64,000 bases of DNA, from positions 172,298,001-172,362,000 of the forward strand of contig OZ024741.1 of the NCBI GenBank assembly GCA_964016885.1. Reading direction: 5' to 3'. The stretch is from Eledone cirrhosa. Taxonomy: Eukaryota. Under the pieces are notes generated by a model. The model was not told the DNA's origin. It made no database searches and saw nothing but the letters and a program-made list of their open reading frames with translations. A program made the translations under genes and the position numbers. Below, piece after piece: positions 41,780 through 57,091 of the stretch (the stretch's first letter is position 1; every line of letters starts with the position of its first letter).

Positions 41780-42168
41780 GTAGTAACATGTACTTACGCC
41801 GTATTTGGCTACATAGAATTAGTCTCTTAGTTGGGATTTTAAAAAACCTCTGAATGGAAAAAAGGATGCGCATTGACGTACATGGGACAGGAATTCACAT
41901 CTTTGGTTTCCCGGACCAATGTGACGACCAAACCAGAAGATGCATTAATTGTCACGCTTAAAAGAAAGAGAGAGTGGCGCAGTCAATATATCGGACATTT
42001 GCCCTTCATTAGGAAAAACCCAAAAGGAAAAGCGCAAAGAAAATAAAAAGTAAAAAGTTGTTTGTTTTTAATATAATTAACAAGGCAATAAAAAGAAGAG
42101 GGAAGGGGAATAGTGATAGGCGAGGGAGTGCTCTGGCGTGCGGGTTTGGGGGTCGATATACATATATA

Positions 42169-42995
42169 TCTATATACATAAATGGCAATGTCTGTCTGTT
42201 TGTTTGTTTGTGAACCTAAAACTCAAAAAGTACCAAACCATTCTTGATGAAACTTGACACGTGTGTGGGGCTCATGCCCCTTTGATTTCTTACATATATT
42301 TCATTTTAATCAAAGGGTTCCTCGGGAGCTCAAACCCCCACTGAAAACCCCCGCTGAAAATGTTTTCCTTTCGATTTATATGAGATTTAAACCATAGGCA
42401 AATGACAGGATATGATGCCTATTTACAAGATTTCAGCAAATTTCCATAATATTAAGACACCCTAATGGGGGTTAAACCCCATATAGTGACAATTTTGGCC
42501 AATAAATGGAACAAGATTTCACGAACTCCTCCTATGATTTTGGAGATAGACCCCATAACCACATATATTCTGAAACTACATTGCCCAGGGTACTTGGATA
42601 AGTATATTTCATTTTAATCAAAGGGTTCCCCGGGGGCACAAAACTCCCGCTGAAAATGTTTTCCCTTCGATATATATGAAATTTAAACCATAGGTAAATG
42701 ACAAGATATGATGCCTATTCACAAAATTTCAGCAAATTTCAATAATATTAAGACACCCTAATGAGAGTTCTATTTTTTCCTTATAGCAACACTCAACTTC
42801 TCTAACAAACATTTTTTCGCCTCACAAATACAATCAACAATATTTGTTTGTATTATTGTTTCGTAAATGAATTTGTCTTCGCTTTTCATTATCTGTCCTA
42901 CATTTTGATTTCATTTTTGGTCTAAGAGGCATTGTGCATTTTAATCGGACCCTGGAATACCCCCGCTCCCGGGTATTACCGGGTTCCTCAGCTAG
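42169..42995 (+). mobile_element. Non-autonomous Helitron-like element
   Basis: 5' TCTATATACATAAA then (GTCT/GTTT)n; 3' hairpin CCCGGGTATTACCGGG shortly before terminal CTAG; internal duplication 42295-42465 / 42603-42762. Confidence 0.7.
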
Positions 42996-43017
42996 AATAT
43001 ATATATATATATATATG

Positions 43018-43400
43018 CAAAAGTTTTATTTAAAATTGTTGGGTTACAACGAATAAATATTTTATAACTGATATAAAGCACTCAACAAGTCTTGGAGTAG
43101 ATATACGATATTAAACAAATGGAAACTATATTTATAAAACCATATTTATTTCATTATACATATTTCAGGGATACCATATTAGAAATATGGCATGCCTTCT
43201 TCAGATAAAATACTACCAAACCAACTTTTTTAACTGGAAGTTGAACAATATTTATGGTACGTCAAATTTATTTATAAAACTGCTTATATATTGTATTTTA
43301 TCTGAAGAAGGCATGCCATATTTCTAATATGGTATCCCTGAAATATGTATAATGAAATAAATATGGTTTTATAAATATAGTTTCCATTTGTTTAATATCG

Positions 43401-43402
<2 letters not shown>
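43018..43402. mobile_element. Fold-back pLTR of the 50830-54282 PLE family, hammerhead-like core on both arms
   Basis: Arms about 43105-43212 and 43293-43402; CTGAAGA-long stem II-GAAA at 43302-43343; stem I weak. Confidence 0.85.
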
Positions 43403-43427
<25 letters not shown>

Positions 43428-43432
<5 letters not shown>

Positions 43433-43625
43433 AGGCGTGTGGCTGAGTGGTTAAGGAATTGGATTCACAAGCGTAAGGTTGTGAGTTCGATTCCTGGACC
43501 AGGTGATGCGTTATGTCCTTGAGCAAGACACTTTATTTCACGTTGCTCCTTCTACCTGGAGTTGCGACCGATAGATAGTATTAGCAAGTGGAAAGACCAA
43601 CGGAAACATTGTTCCCTCGGTCCGA
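43428..43625 (+). mobile_element. tRNA-derived SINE, second family
   Basis: TGGCTGAGTGGTTAAG (A box), GAGTTCGATTCC (B box), TGTCCTTGAGCAAGACACTT central domain. Confidence 0.75.
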
Positions 43626-43645
43626 TTTGACGAAAGTCGATCGTT

Positions 43646-43676
<31 letters not shown>

Positions 43677-44097
43677 TATGCGCTTACCTTTCTGCATACA
43701 CGTATATGACCAGACTGTGATACATAATCAAAAACACTCAACGTTATATGTATCGTCCGTCCTAGATATGGTATCTTGTGCTTGATGCCGGAGCAAAGTT
43801 AAATACTTCAATGAAAAATAGAGGCCAGGCCGTCTGACGCAATTATTGCATCGTTGGACGGGCAACCTCATGAATTCTTTGTTTATATTTTCCGTAACCC
43901 ATTAGGGATTACTGAACCCAGTCTTTTAAATCTTTTAAATCTTTATGTTCATTACACCTGATAACTTCACCGATTGTCTCGCATCATGATCTGATGACGT
44001 AAGCCGGTCATAGAAACACGTATTAGAATCCAGCCTTCTCTTTGTTATTGAATATATATGTGTGTGGGTGTGTGCGTGTGTAAATATATACATACAT

Positions 44098-44128
<31 letters not shown>

Positions 44129-44171
44129 CACACACATATATATATATGTACATACATATATATATAAATAA

Positions 44172-44260
<89 letters not shown>

Positions 44261-44264
44261 TAAC

Positions 44265-44301
<37 letters not shown>

Positions 44302-44342
44302 AAAACTTAATAAACGGCATCAATAACCACATCCAATTCACA

Positions 44343-45299
44343 ATGGAATACAGCCAAGATCAACTCCCATTTCTGGACATCTTAATCTTAAAAAAAGACA
44401 CAAATATCGAAACTGACATACACTACAAACCAACAGATTCCAAACAATATCTGCTATTCACCTCCAACCATCCAAAGTACACGAAGACGAACATTCCTTT
44501 TAACCTAGCAAGAAGAATTTGCACAATTGTCTCCAATTATGAAACGCGAAATAAAAGACTTCAAGAATTAAAGGAAACTCTACTCGAGAGAGAGTACCCA
44601 CTATTACTAATAAATAATGGAATAGAAAGGGCTAAAGCAATAGGCATTGATGAATTACGGAAACAGAAACAAATTCAAGGTACGTCCAATATTCTATCAT
44701 ATATCTCAACACACAACCCAAGAAATGCGGAAGCTTACAACACTATTCACAATAACATCCCACTACTAAAACAAAACCCAAGAATGAAAAAAGCCCTTGA
44801 AACACAAAAAATAATCAAAAGCAAAAGACAACCAAAATCACTGAAAACATTACTCACCAATGCCAAATTACCTACCACAAACCCACAACCAAGTATCAAA
44901 AAATGTGGTCGCTCTAATTGTGGAACCTGCACTCACCTCATTGAAAGCAACACGTATACATTTAAATCAGGACAAAATTTTACTGTAAAAAATCACTTCA
45001 CTTGCTCATCAAAAAATCTGCTTTATGCCATTAAATGTAAAGGATGCAATGAAGATTATATAGGACAAACTAAACTCACACTCAGAAACAGAATGACAGT
45101 TCATTGCCAACAATTACGAGATCCAACCACGAGACAGATACCACTAAGTGCACATCTAGACATTTGCGCAAATAATAAAACACCCAAATTCCAAGTCTTC
45201 CCATTTTACCTTTGCGCTAACAATACAACAGAACAAATGCGAATAAATAAGGAAAATATGTTTATTCAAAAATATAGACCAACATTAAATATGGTTTAA
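44343..45299 (+). pseudogene. PLE RT thumb + zinc finger + GIY-YIG endonuclease (N-terminally truncated, frame open)
   Basis: HIQFTME..LPFLD..TDIHYKPTD..SNHP; CGRSNCGTC; LLYAIKC..YIGQT..LRNRMTVH. Confidence 0.9.
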
Positions 45300-46670
45300 T
45301 ATACATTATGTCAACACCATAATATGACATACACACACACACATAACACCTTCTACTTTAGAAAATAAAAATACCCGAACTAAATAAACCTTAACATACG
45401 TTTGCACTGACAATACAACAGCAAACACGAATAAGTAAGGAAAATATGTTCATTCAAAAATATTCCTACTAAAGGAATCACTTTCCTACACACACACATA
45501 CACACACACAATATATATGTATATATATTCTCTTCATCTTAACATGCTAACCATACTCCCACACACATAACACCCATACACACACATAACAACCCCCACA
45601 CCCACAACTCCCTCCCCATTTCTACTAATAGAACCACTTTCCTACACACATATATATACACACACACAAAATATATATTCTCTCCATCTTAACATACTCG
45701 CACACACACACATAACACCCATATACACACACACACAACTCCCTCCCCCATTTCTACTAATAGAATCATCTTCCAATACACACATACACACACACACACA
45801 CATACACACACACAAGCACACAAATAAACATACATATCTTCACTTTAATAGAAAATCTGAACTCTGACACCCCAGCGAACTAACCATATTCACTGAACCA
45901 TAACAATTCTCCCAATCCCATTTCTCTTGACCACTATCTTTCCATTGTCATAACATTCGCTATAAAGGCTACAGAATAGTTTTCCAAATAAGGGCGCAAA
46001 AATGTAATGAAAACTTGTTCACGTGACAGCCAAATTTCATTTATAACCAATCAAATCACGTTTATTAAAAAAAGCCTTCGTGAGCCACCTTTTTTTAAAG
46101 TAAAGAAATTCAAACACACACACACACACAACACACACACACGCGCACACACACACAAGCACACAAATAAACATACATATCTTTACTTTCTTTATTCAAT
46201 AGAAAATCTGAATTCTGACACCCCAGCGAACTAACCATATTCACTGAACCAGAACAATTCTCCCATCCCTTTCTATTGACCATTATCTTTCACTTATCAA
46301 AAAATTCTCTAAAAAGGCTACAGAATGGATTTCCAAATAAGGGCACAAACATTTAATGAAAACTTGTTCACGTGACAGCCATAATTTCATGTATAACCAA
46401 CCAAAAAGAAAGCCTTCGTGAGCCTCCTTTTTTCAAGTAAAAAGAAATTCAAACACTCATATATGAAAAAACAACCTGTGACAACCCCTCCTATTATTTG
46501 AAGAACTATTGTAACGCGAACTGGCGCAAAATTTATTATAATTATTGACAAACCAATCAAATTACTTCTCGAAAAACCTGGCATTTCGAGCCACTTTTTC
46601 CATATAAAACAAGTAACATTCAAAGACCAACCAGATGTGAGAAAAACCACAGACCCTCCATTTCAACTCA

Positions 46671-46708
46671 CCTTTTGAAAAGCAGAAGAACTGCGAAACC
46701 GGTAAAGG
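46671..46708 (+). ncRNA. Minimal hammerhead ribozyme motif, U3-A8 core variant
   Basis: CCTT-TTGAAAA-GCAG AAGAA CTGC-GAAAC-CG-GTA^AAGG. Confidence 0.78.
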
Positions 46709-46852
46709 AACCAAATAAATATATATATATTTTTTTTAAATAAGACTCCTGTTGCATTTTCGATTTCATCTCTTTTTTTTATACTTTCACTCGTGTAGGA
46801 CACCTCGGTTATTTTTCATTTTGTAAAAAAAACCTCACTTTCTAAAATATAC

Positions 46853-47646
<794 letters not shown>

Positions 47647-47763
47647 GTATATATATGTATATATATATATGTGTGTATGTAAAAGGTAAACAGAAATAAC
47701 GACACAATCGGTACAGTATATGGAAGGTAATATTAGGTTAACGCTTGATATAGCAGGAAGAGG

Positions 47764-47799
47764 TCTTAACGTTTCGGACGCTAGTCCTTCATCAGAAGA
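47764..47799 (-). ncRNA. Minimal hammerhead ribozyme motif (loopless stem III)
   Basis: TCTT-CTGATGA-aGGAC TAGC GTCC-GAAAC-GTT^AAGA in the sense 3' end of the PLE. Confidence 0.8.
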
Positions 47800-48031
47800 A
47801 AGAATGAGAAATAAAATAGATTAAGGGAACGGGCGGGATGGAATTGGAAGAAATGTGTTTAGATAAAAATAATAGGTCCATTCATGTTGACATCTCTTGC
47901 AAAACTGCTGCTGCTGGCGTTTTGTGTATGATTTGTTTTTTAGGAAAGTGGATGATGGCGCGCGTCTACCTGAAACAGAAAAAAACTGTTTTGTTAAACG
48001 AGCTATATTTGAGCACGTGCGTAAGCATGAG

Positions 48032-48187
<156 letters not shown>

Positions 48188-49584
48188 ATACGTCCGTATG
48201 AAGCTAAGAAGAAATGTTTGTGTATATGTGAGTAAAAGAGTGTGTGTACATGTAAGTACGAAGCTATGAGCAACGAGAAAGCGATACGAATCTAGGGGTG
48301 TGATAAAGGACGAGGTATTAGAGAAATTGGGGAGGTGAGATGAGTCCAAGCGGGGAATATGACCCAAGACAGTGAATCAGACTTGGTTCAATCCTGGTGC
48401 GAGAGGCCTGTGATCCATGATGTAAAAGGACACCCAGGACTGAAACATGTAGGGAAGAATGACCAGGAGAACAGAAATGACGGGCGACAGGAGTATCCAA
48501 TCCGAGTCGTATGTCCCTCAAATGTTCGGCAAAACGGTCCGCCATACGGCGTCCCGTTTGTCCGATATATAAAGACCCGCAAAGGGAACACCGGAGGGCA
48601 TAGACAACGTGGGTGGATGTGCAGGTGAAGGAATGGCAGATACGGAAAGACCCGTCAGGGCCTGTAAGAGTGGTGAGGGTGGAAATAAAGGGACAAGTAT
48701 TGCAGCGGGAACGGGAAGAAGGATGAGAGCCGGGTGGAGTCGTGGGACAGGACGAAACAGAACTGCGAACCAGGAGGTCGCAGAGGTTTCTGACGCGCTT
48801 AAAAGCAGTAATGGGTGGTTTTGGAAAAAAGCGAGAATTGACGGGGTCAGAAGACAGGATACGGAAGGAACGGAGGATATGTTGCCGGAGTGGTAGGGTG
48901 CTGGAGTGGTAGGTGAGGGAAAGGAACACGGGTGTTGGGAGGGCGGGCGTGAGGTGAGAGGGCTGTGGTGCGGTCTATTTCACGGGCGCTGGTGAGAGCA
49001 GCTTAGATCAGGGAGAGGGGACATCCACGCTGGATGAAGCAGGAAGCCATGCGAAAGGATTGGCTTTCGAAATCGTCGTCCTGGCTACAGAGACGACGAA
49101 GACGGAGGAATTGGGAATAGGCTATGGAGTGTTTGGTGTGGGTTGGATGGGAGGAGGTGAAGTCGAGATAAGACTGGGAGTCTGTTGGTTTAATGTAGAT
49201 GGAAGTAGAGAGGGTGTAGTGAGAGTGATTAATAGATAGAGAGATATCTAGAAAAACGACAAAAGAATCGGAGACGGAGAGGGTGAAATAGAGAGCAGGA
49301 AGGAAAGATTGGACAAAAGAAAGAAAACAGTCGAGCTGTTTTCGTGATAGAGAGGTATGTATGTATGATGTATATATGTTCATATACACATACATACGTA
49401 CGTATATATATATATATATATATATATAAATATATATATATATGTACGTATGTATGTGTATATGAACATATATACATCCCCTTGTTCATAAAGATAAACA
49501 CTAGACTCTGTAAAACAGAGCTATGAATTTCGATGTTAAATACCCGTCTTACTCATACACGTGCGGGGTTCATTATTAAATTGA

Positions 49585-49775
49585 GGGCGGTGGATTGGCA
49601 GTATCGGTAGAGGGTCGGACGCCATGCTTTGACGCATAGAGTTACGGCCCTTGCCATTCTGAGTTCAAATCCCGCCGATGTTAATTTTGCCTTTCATCCT
49701 TACGGCGTCGATAAAATAAAGTACCAGTAATACACTGGCTGTTTGCTGACCTTGTGCCAAAGGTCGAAACAACTA
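49585..49775 (+). mobile_element. tRNA-derived SINE
   Basis: Same family as 10681. Confidence 0.9.
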
Positions 49776-49878
49776 ATAAATTCTTTACTCTCAGACGAGT
49801 CCCATTGCTTTTGGCAAATAATCATCTGTATCGTTTCTGTCTATACCTCTTCTTTCCATCCTCTCCGACGATACTGTA

Positions 49879-50262
<384 letters not shown>

Positions 50263-50556
50263 CTTTTGAGGTATTTTTGTTTTGAAAATCAATAGAGTCT
50301 CAGGTGTACGGAGACGCCGTCGTCGCCAGTGTGGGTTAATAGATACGACGATCCATACTTTCAATATAGACTGAATTATATAAAAAAAAAAGTACTTCAA
50401 ATAATTCATGGCTCATCAGTTAACACATTCGCAATACTGGCAGTTTGGTGTTATATAGAATGACATTTCATTACCTTGCACTTATTGAGGTCGAATCATG
50501 CTGATACAAACTGCTTGACGCGATATATATCTACCAATAGGCATGCATGCATATGC

Positions 50557-50621
<65 letters not shown>

Positions 50622-50779
50622 AAAATATATATATATATATAAAAATATATATATATACAAACGCGCACGTATACATGCATAAAACACATATATACACACG
50701 TACATACATATATACATATATAAACATGCATATATACATACATACAATGATACCTACACCGTTGTGTACAAATATGCAA

Positions 50780-50829
<50 letters not shown>

Positions 50830-50831
<2 letters not shown>

Positions 50832-51241
50832 GATATTAAATAAATGGAAACTATATTTATAAAACCATATTTATTTCATTATATATATTTCAGGGATATC
50901 ATATTAACAATATGTTATGCCTTCTTCAGACAAAATACAATATAGACAGTTTTATAAATAAATAGATTTGACATACCTTTCAACATCGACTTGCATTTGA
51001 AAAGTTGATTTGGCAGTGAAAATTGTAAACAGAAAGAAAGAAAGAAAGACGGAAAGAAAGAAAGAAAACGAAGAAAAGAAATGCATGCAACTAAATAGAG
51101 AGATGGAAAGATAGATAAAGAAAAGAACTTCATGTAAAGAAACAGAGAGAGATATATAGAGAGAGGAAATAGATAGAGATAGATATATATAGAGAAAAGT
51201 AGGTAGTTGAACATCCGTTGAATGACGTATCAATGATACAT

Positions 51242-51272
<31 letters not shown>

Positions 51273-54200
51273 GCTCTAGTATTAATGTAAGGGAGATATA
51301 TGTGGTTAGGAGAGAAACCAGCCGTTATATATAGAGAAAAAAATGAAAAGTAACCAGACATAGGCGAGGCAGAATTTAAAAACCCTATGTTTCAATGTAG
51401 AAATATTAGTTCGTATAAAAACAGGCACTATAATGTAAATATCAGTATTCATGAATGAGACACGTATCTATAATGTGTGAAAAGTAATGATCTTATGTTT
51501 AGTTTTAAAAATTCATATGTTTATATCATAACTACAAACATCGATGTGAATTTACGTGATCAGCACTGCAAACTCCTATTTCACACGGAGAACATTCTCA
51601 TTGTGCTATAATATTTAAGTATACATATATGTGTATATATACACATATATATAGAGTCTATATTAATTTTAACAATACTATTCTTGTCTTTACTCTACAT
51701 GATTATCTATCAAGCAGAAATAGAGAACAGATTTCAATATATTAATAAAAATATCAGAAACAAAAACAAAAAATAATAATAAATAAATAAAACAGAAAAC
51801 TAAAAAATATTAAATATTAAAAATAAAAATATTAAAAATATTAAAAAATATTAAAATAATAAAAATAAAAACATAGTATGCCACGCAAATCGACCACAAA
51901 GATCAACCCTTCAAAGTTAATTGAAAATATATTGCCAAGTTCATTATAAGCATCAGTGTCGAAAACAGATAAAACCAAAAATTATTTACCAAATCCTGTC
52001 TAGCAGAAATCATTTCAAAAGTTTAGGATACCCATTTGGTCTACATATGTTCTTATATTTAATATAGAAGTTTATCTAGTGTAACATTTATTCGATATAT
52101 TTGGAGCATCAACTTTTAGGGTAGTTTAATTTTTCATGAAGAATGTTTAAAATAAAAATAAAAAGAAGAATAAAAAGAAGAAATCGAAAGATTTATCGGC
52201 TAGTTTCATAAATAATTACAAATCAAACTAAATATACTACATTTTAAATTTAAATTTATATTTAAAAGTTGAGTTCAATCTATGTTTGCAGCAACTGAAT
52301 AAATTTGTCCGTAGATTAAGGGAATTTTTAGATTTTAGTATAAAGAATATCTCCTCCGCGCAGAGGTCACATGTCTCAGAGGATGAATTAAAAGGAATCC
52401 CTCTTGAGACTATATTCCAAGCCGTCGAATATCTAACGTTATCATGCCTAAGTTGCCAGAGTACGCCTGATAGTGCTGTTGAAGATTTTTTGCTTGGATC
52501 TGTGAAAGAATTCTTGTGGTTATTATAGCGAAGTTTAAATTCCGTCGATGTGGAACCAACGTAGTTAAAAGAATTAAAGTCCGTTTTAACATTACAGTTG
52601 TATATTATATTTTTAACTAAGCAGTTGTTATTTAACGGACATTTAGATCTATCTCTACAGTTACATTTGTTAACTTGTATATTATTTATGCTATTATCGC
52701 TAGGTTTTAAGTTCCTATTATTTATTCTATTAATATTTTGTGCTAAATTTTTGGTGGATGAGTAGGTTAATTTTATAGTATGTCTATTGAAAATTGAGTG
52801 ATACCTATGTGTTCTAGGGAAGCGATTATCAAGAGCTTTAAAAAATAGTTTAGCGATGTGGGTGTTAATGTTTAGTGAGAAAGGGGGGGCAAACCATATT
52901 ATGTTCCTAGTTCTATTTCTTTTTTGGCTTTTGGAATTATTGTAATGCTTTCTATTATAGTTGTTAAGGTTGTGGCCGTAATTAAAATAGTTGTTATTTT
53001 GTTTAGTTTGTCTATCATTATCTATGTACATAATTTTATCACTATATCCTGCTCTAGCTAACGCTTCATTGTAGTACTGGGCTTTTTCGTCGAAAATCTT
53101 TCTATTAGACGAGATTCTAGAGATACGTTTTTGAACAGAGTTTACTATAGTAATTTTAACAGATCTGGGGTGGTTAGAGTTAAAGCTGACATAGTTTAAG
53201 TTTTCATTCAACTTGTGAAATGGATAGTGAAGACATGTGTTGAGATTTAATGTTATATCTAGTAAATTGACTATTCTATGGTTATTCTCAATTTCTATTT
53301 TTAGATTAAAGTAATTAAAAAATTGTGTAATTTGTTTTCTTTTTCTATTTAGTTCAGAGTTATTATTATCAATAAGTAAAAGCATGTCATCTCTATATAA
53401 ACCTCCGGTAGTACCAGGTATTTTCCTATGCAGCGAATTGATTAAAAATAAGCCCACAAGGTCAGTTACCTGAGCTGAGTAAATTCACATCGATGTTTGT
53501 AGTTATGATATAAACATATGAATTTTTAAAACTAGACATAAGATCATTACTTTTCACACATTATAGATACGTGTCTCATTCATGAATACTGATATTTGCA
53601 TTATAGTGCCTGTTTTTATACGAACTAATATTTCTACATTGAAACATAGGGTTTTTAAATTCTGCCTCGCCTATGTCTGGTTACTTTTCATTTTTTTCTC
53701 TATATATAACGGCTGGTTTCTCTCCTAACCACATATATCTCCCTTACATTAATACTAGAGCTAAATAAATAAATAAATAAATGTATCATTGATACGTCAT
53801 TCAACGGATGTTCAACTACCTACTTTTCTCTATATATATCTATCTCTATCTATTTCCTCTCTCTATATATCTCTCTCTGTTTCTTTACATGAAGTTCTTC
53901 TCTTTATCTATCTTTCCATCTCTCTATTTAGTTGCATGCATTTCTTTTCTTCGTTTTCTTTCTTTCTTTCCGTCTTTCTTTCTTTCTTTCTGTTTACAAT
54001 TTTCACTGCCAAATCAACTTTTCAAATGCAAGTCGATGTTGAAAGGTATGTCAAATCTATTTATTTATAAAACTGTCTATATTGTATTTTGTCTGAAGAA
54101 GGCATAACATATTGTTAATATGATATCCCTGAAATATATATAATGAAATAAATATGGTTTTATAAATATAGTTTCCATTTATTTAATATCGTAAATATAC

Positions 54201-54279
54201 TCCAAATACTTGTTGAGTGCTTTTATATCAGTTATAAATATTTACTCGTTGTAACCCAACAATTTAAATATAACTTCCC

Positions 54280-54282
<3 letters not shown>
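50830..54282 (-). mobile_element. 5'-truncated Penelope-like element flanked by about 720-bp inverted pLTRs
   Basis: 50830-51554 inverted at 53480-54192; ORF 52237-53457 lies between; both ends in (TA)n. Confidence 0.92.
52237..53457 (-). pseudogene. PLE RT C-terminal half + GIY-YIG endonuclease (truncated, frame open)
   Basis: GLYRDD, VNLLDITL, SNHP, IIWFAPPFS, CNCRDRSKCPL, IIYNC..YVGST..FKLRYNNH, CDLC. Confidence 0.9.
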
Positions 54283-54353
<71 letters not shown>

Positions 54354-54451
54354 ATAGCATAACTAGGCTGTATAACCACCGTGGAAACATTTGTAAGCAC
54401 ACAGAATAAATTACCTTTTTATGATGTCTACCTGTTATTATTCATTCTACC

Positions 54452-54640
54452 GGCGGTGGATTGGCAGTATCGGTAGAGGGTCGGACGCCATGCTTTCTAG
54501 CATAGTTACGTCCCTTTACGATCTGAGTTCAAATCCTGCCGAGGTTGACTTTGCCTTTCATCCTTACGGGGTCGATAAAATAAAGTACCAGTAATGCACT
54601 GGCTTATTGCTGGCCTTGTGCCTAAAGTAGAAACAATTAT
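54452..54640 (+). mobile_element. tRNA-derived SINE
   Basis: Same family as 10681. Confidence 0.9.
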
Positions 54641-54645
54641 TCATT

Positions 54646-54693
<48 letters not shown>

Positions 54694-54713
54694 ATGTATG
54701 TGTGTGTGTACAT

Positions 54714-54766
<53 letters not shown>

Positions 54767-55063
54767 TTAAAACAATAAATAAAAAATCAAGTCATTAGAG
54801 ATATACTTCACTGCTTTACAATCGTTTCTAGATGGTGATAATACATTGTATCTATACTCAGCTATTGATCTATGTAAGTTTACAAACTATCAGATAGAGA
54901 GAATATTTACTTACATGCATACCACGAGCTGTTTTCAAAAGCAATGTTTTATTGTTTTCTGAGTTTTATTGTTTTCTGAGATTTATCTTAACCTACATTT
55001 TCAACATATGGATTACATTGAGATCTTCATACAGAATAGACCCCACAACTTACAGTGGATACC

Positions 55064-55679
<616 letters not shown>

Positions 55680-55800
55680 TATGACTCCAGTTCCTCAGTG
55701 AATTAACAACCAAACAAGGAACTGGGCATATCAGAGTATTGACAATATTATACTATACACCTAAACAACATATGTACTTGTATATACCATAATAATTCAA

Positions 55801-55855
55801 ACTGCCTGAAGAGGTCACAGCCAAAGATGGCTGTCACTGAAATATATATAGCAGT
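55801..55855 (+). ncRNA. Type I hammerhead ribozyme motif
   Basis: ACTGC-CTGAAGA-GGTcACAGCC AAAGAT GGCTGTcACT-GAAAT-ATAT-ATA^GCAGT, inside an about 330-bp insert between microsatellites. Confidence 0.85.
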
Positions 55856-56011
55856 AATAAACGAAGCTAAATTTTAATCATTTGACTTTTATTTAACTTT
55901 ATTTTACACTACTCCGGAGTAACCAAACCAACCTGCGCACTTCGTCGAGTGCTCCAGCCTGCATACTGAGGTGTTGGTATACAACCAACATAAACTCAAA
56001 ATCTCTCTCTC

Positions 56012-56082
<71 letters not shown>

Positions 56083-56377
56083 CTGAGTCGGTTTGTATGC
56101 GCGTGTGCGTCACCCTGTTAATATAAGTGTTTGTGGATAAGATGCATAGAGAGGTGTGAGAATCTACTGATATTACATTATTAGCATGAATGAACGTAAA
56201 TCGTACATCGTTTAAGTTTCTCAATGTAAGTTTTTCACACACTTAACGTTTCATACGTGTAGGTATGTGTGTGTGTTTCTGTGTCATACTAGACGGAAAA
56301 AAATACACATAGATACATTATACATATATAAATATACATAGACACTCACACACTCACACAGATATATATGAAGTATG

Positions 56378-56415
<38 letters not shown>

Positions 56416-56416
<1 letters not shown>

Positions 56417-56686
56417 GTAGGTTCCGGGTTGAGTCGGGGATAACCACAGTAACTAAGGTACTCAATACATGACAGAGTAAAATATATTTATTGTATAGAA
56501 GGAGCTTCTACAGGACTAGTACTGTTTCATTCAGATAAAATCTTCAGAAAGCTGGGTGTCTTAGTAAGCCACCCCTCTTACCACTACCTAACTGTATAAA
56601 TACCAGAACTTAATATGACACCCAGCTTCCTGAAGATTTCCATCTGAATGAAACAGTACTAGTCCTGTAGAAGCTCCTTCTATACA

Positions 56687-56693
<7 letters not shown>
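56416..56693. mobile_element. Fold-back element with hammerheads on both strands (56624-56675 +, 56503-56553 -)
   Basis: AGCTTC-CTGAAGA-tTTC CATCT GAAt-GAA-ACAG TACTAGTC CTGT-A^GAAGCT; arms 56482-56560 / 56617-56695. Confidence 0.88.
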
Positions 56694-56760
<67 letters not shown>

Positions 56761-56939
56761 TAATAAAAACAATGAAATAAAAACAAAGGACAAGTTCCTT
56801 ATATTAAAAAATTCATCATTTTACGATCGTTTCAGGGATGTATATGTGTGTTGGTATGTATAACATATAGATCTATGTAAAAATATTACAAATTATCAGA
56901 GGCAATATACATCCCTTCACATATACATGCCGCCCTCAG

Positions 56940-56997
<58 letters not shown>

Positions 56998-57002
<5 letters not shown>

Positions 57003-57091
57003 GAAGGAAGTGTGGTAAGGAACCAGATGGACCATCCAGAAATATCCGTCGAAACGGCTTGAGCTCTGCCGTCGGGGTTAAACATTTTCCT
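56998..57091. mobile_element. Internally deleted member of the 29029/49952 fold-back family
   Basis: Tail GGAAGTGTGGTAAGGAACCAGATGGACCAT fused to CCAGAAATATCCGTCGAAACGGCTTGAGCTC. Confidence 0.8.

Larger units (their letters stand above)
44300..46846 (+). mobile_element. 5'-truncated Penelope-like element (Neptune-like) in (TA)n
   Basis: ORF 44343-45299, long internally duplicated 3' UTR, terminal pLTR with hammerhead shared with 55196-55570. Confidence 0.9.

Noticed and set aside
43988-44030. Further hammerhead-like cores (also 24255-24295 minus, 29670-29735 minus, 56820-56925 minus, 59293-59335)
   Set aside because: Core fragments are present but stems are broken or one half is missing; probably decayed relics, not called as ribozymes
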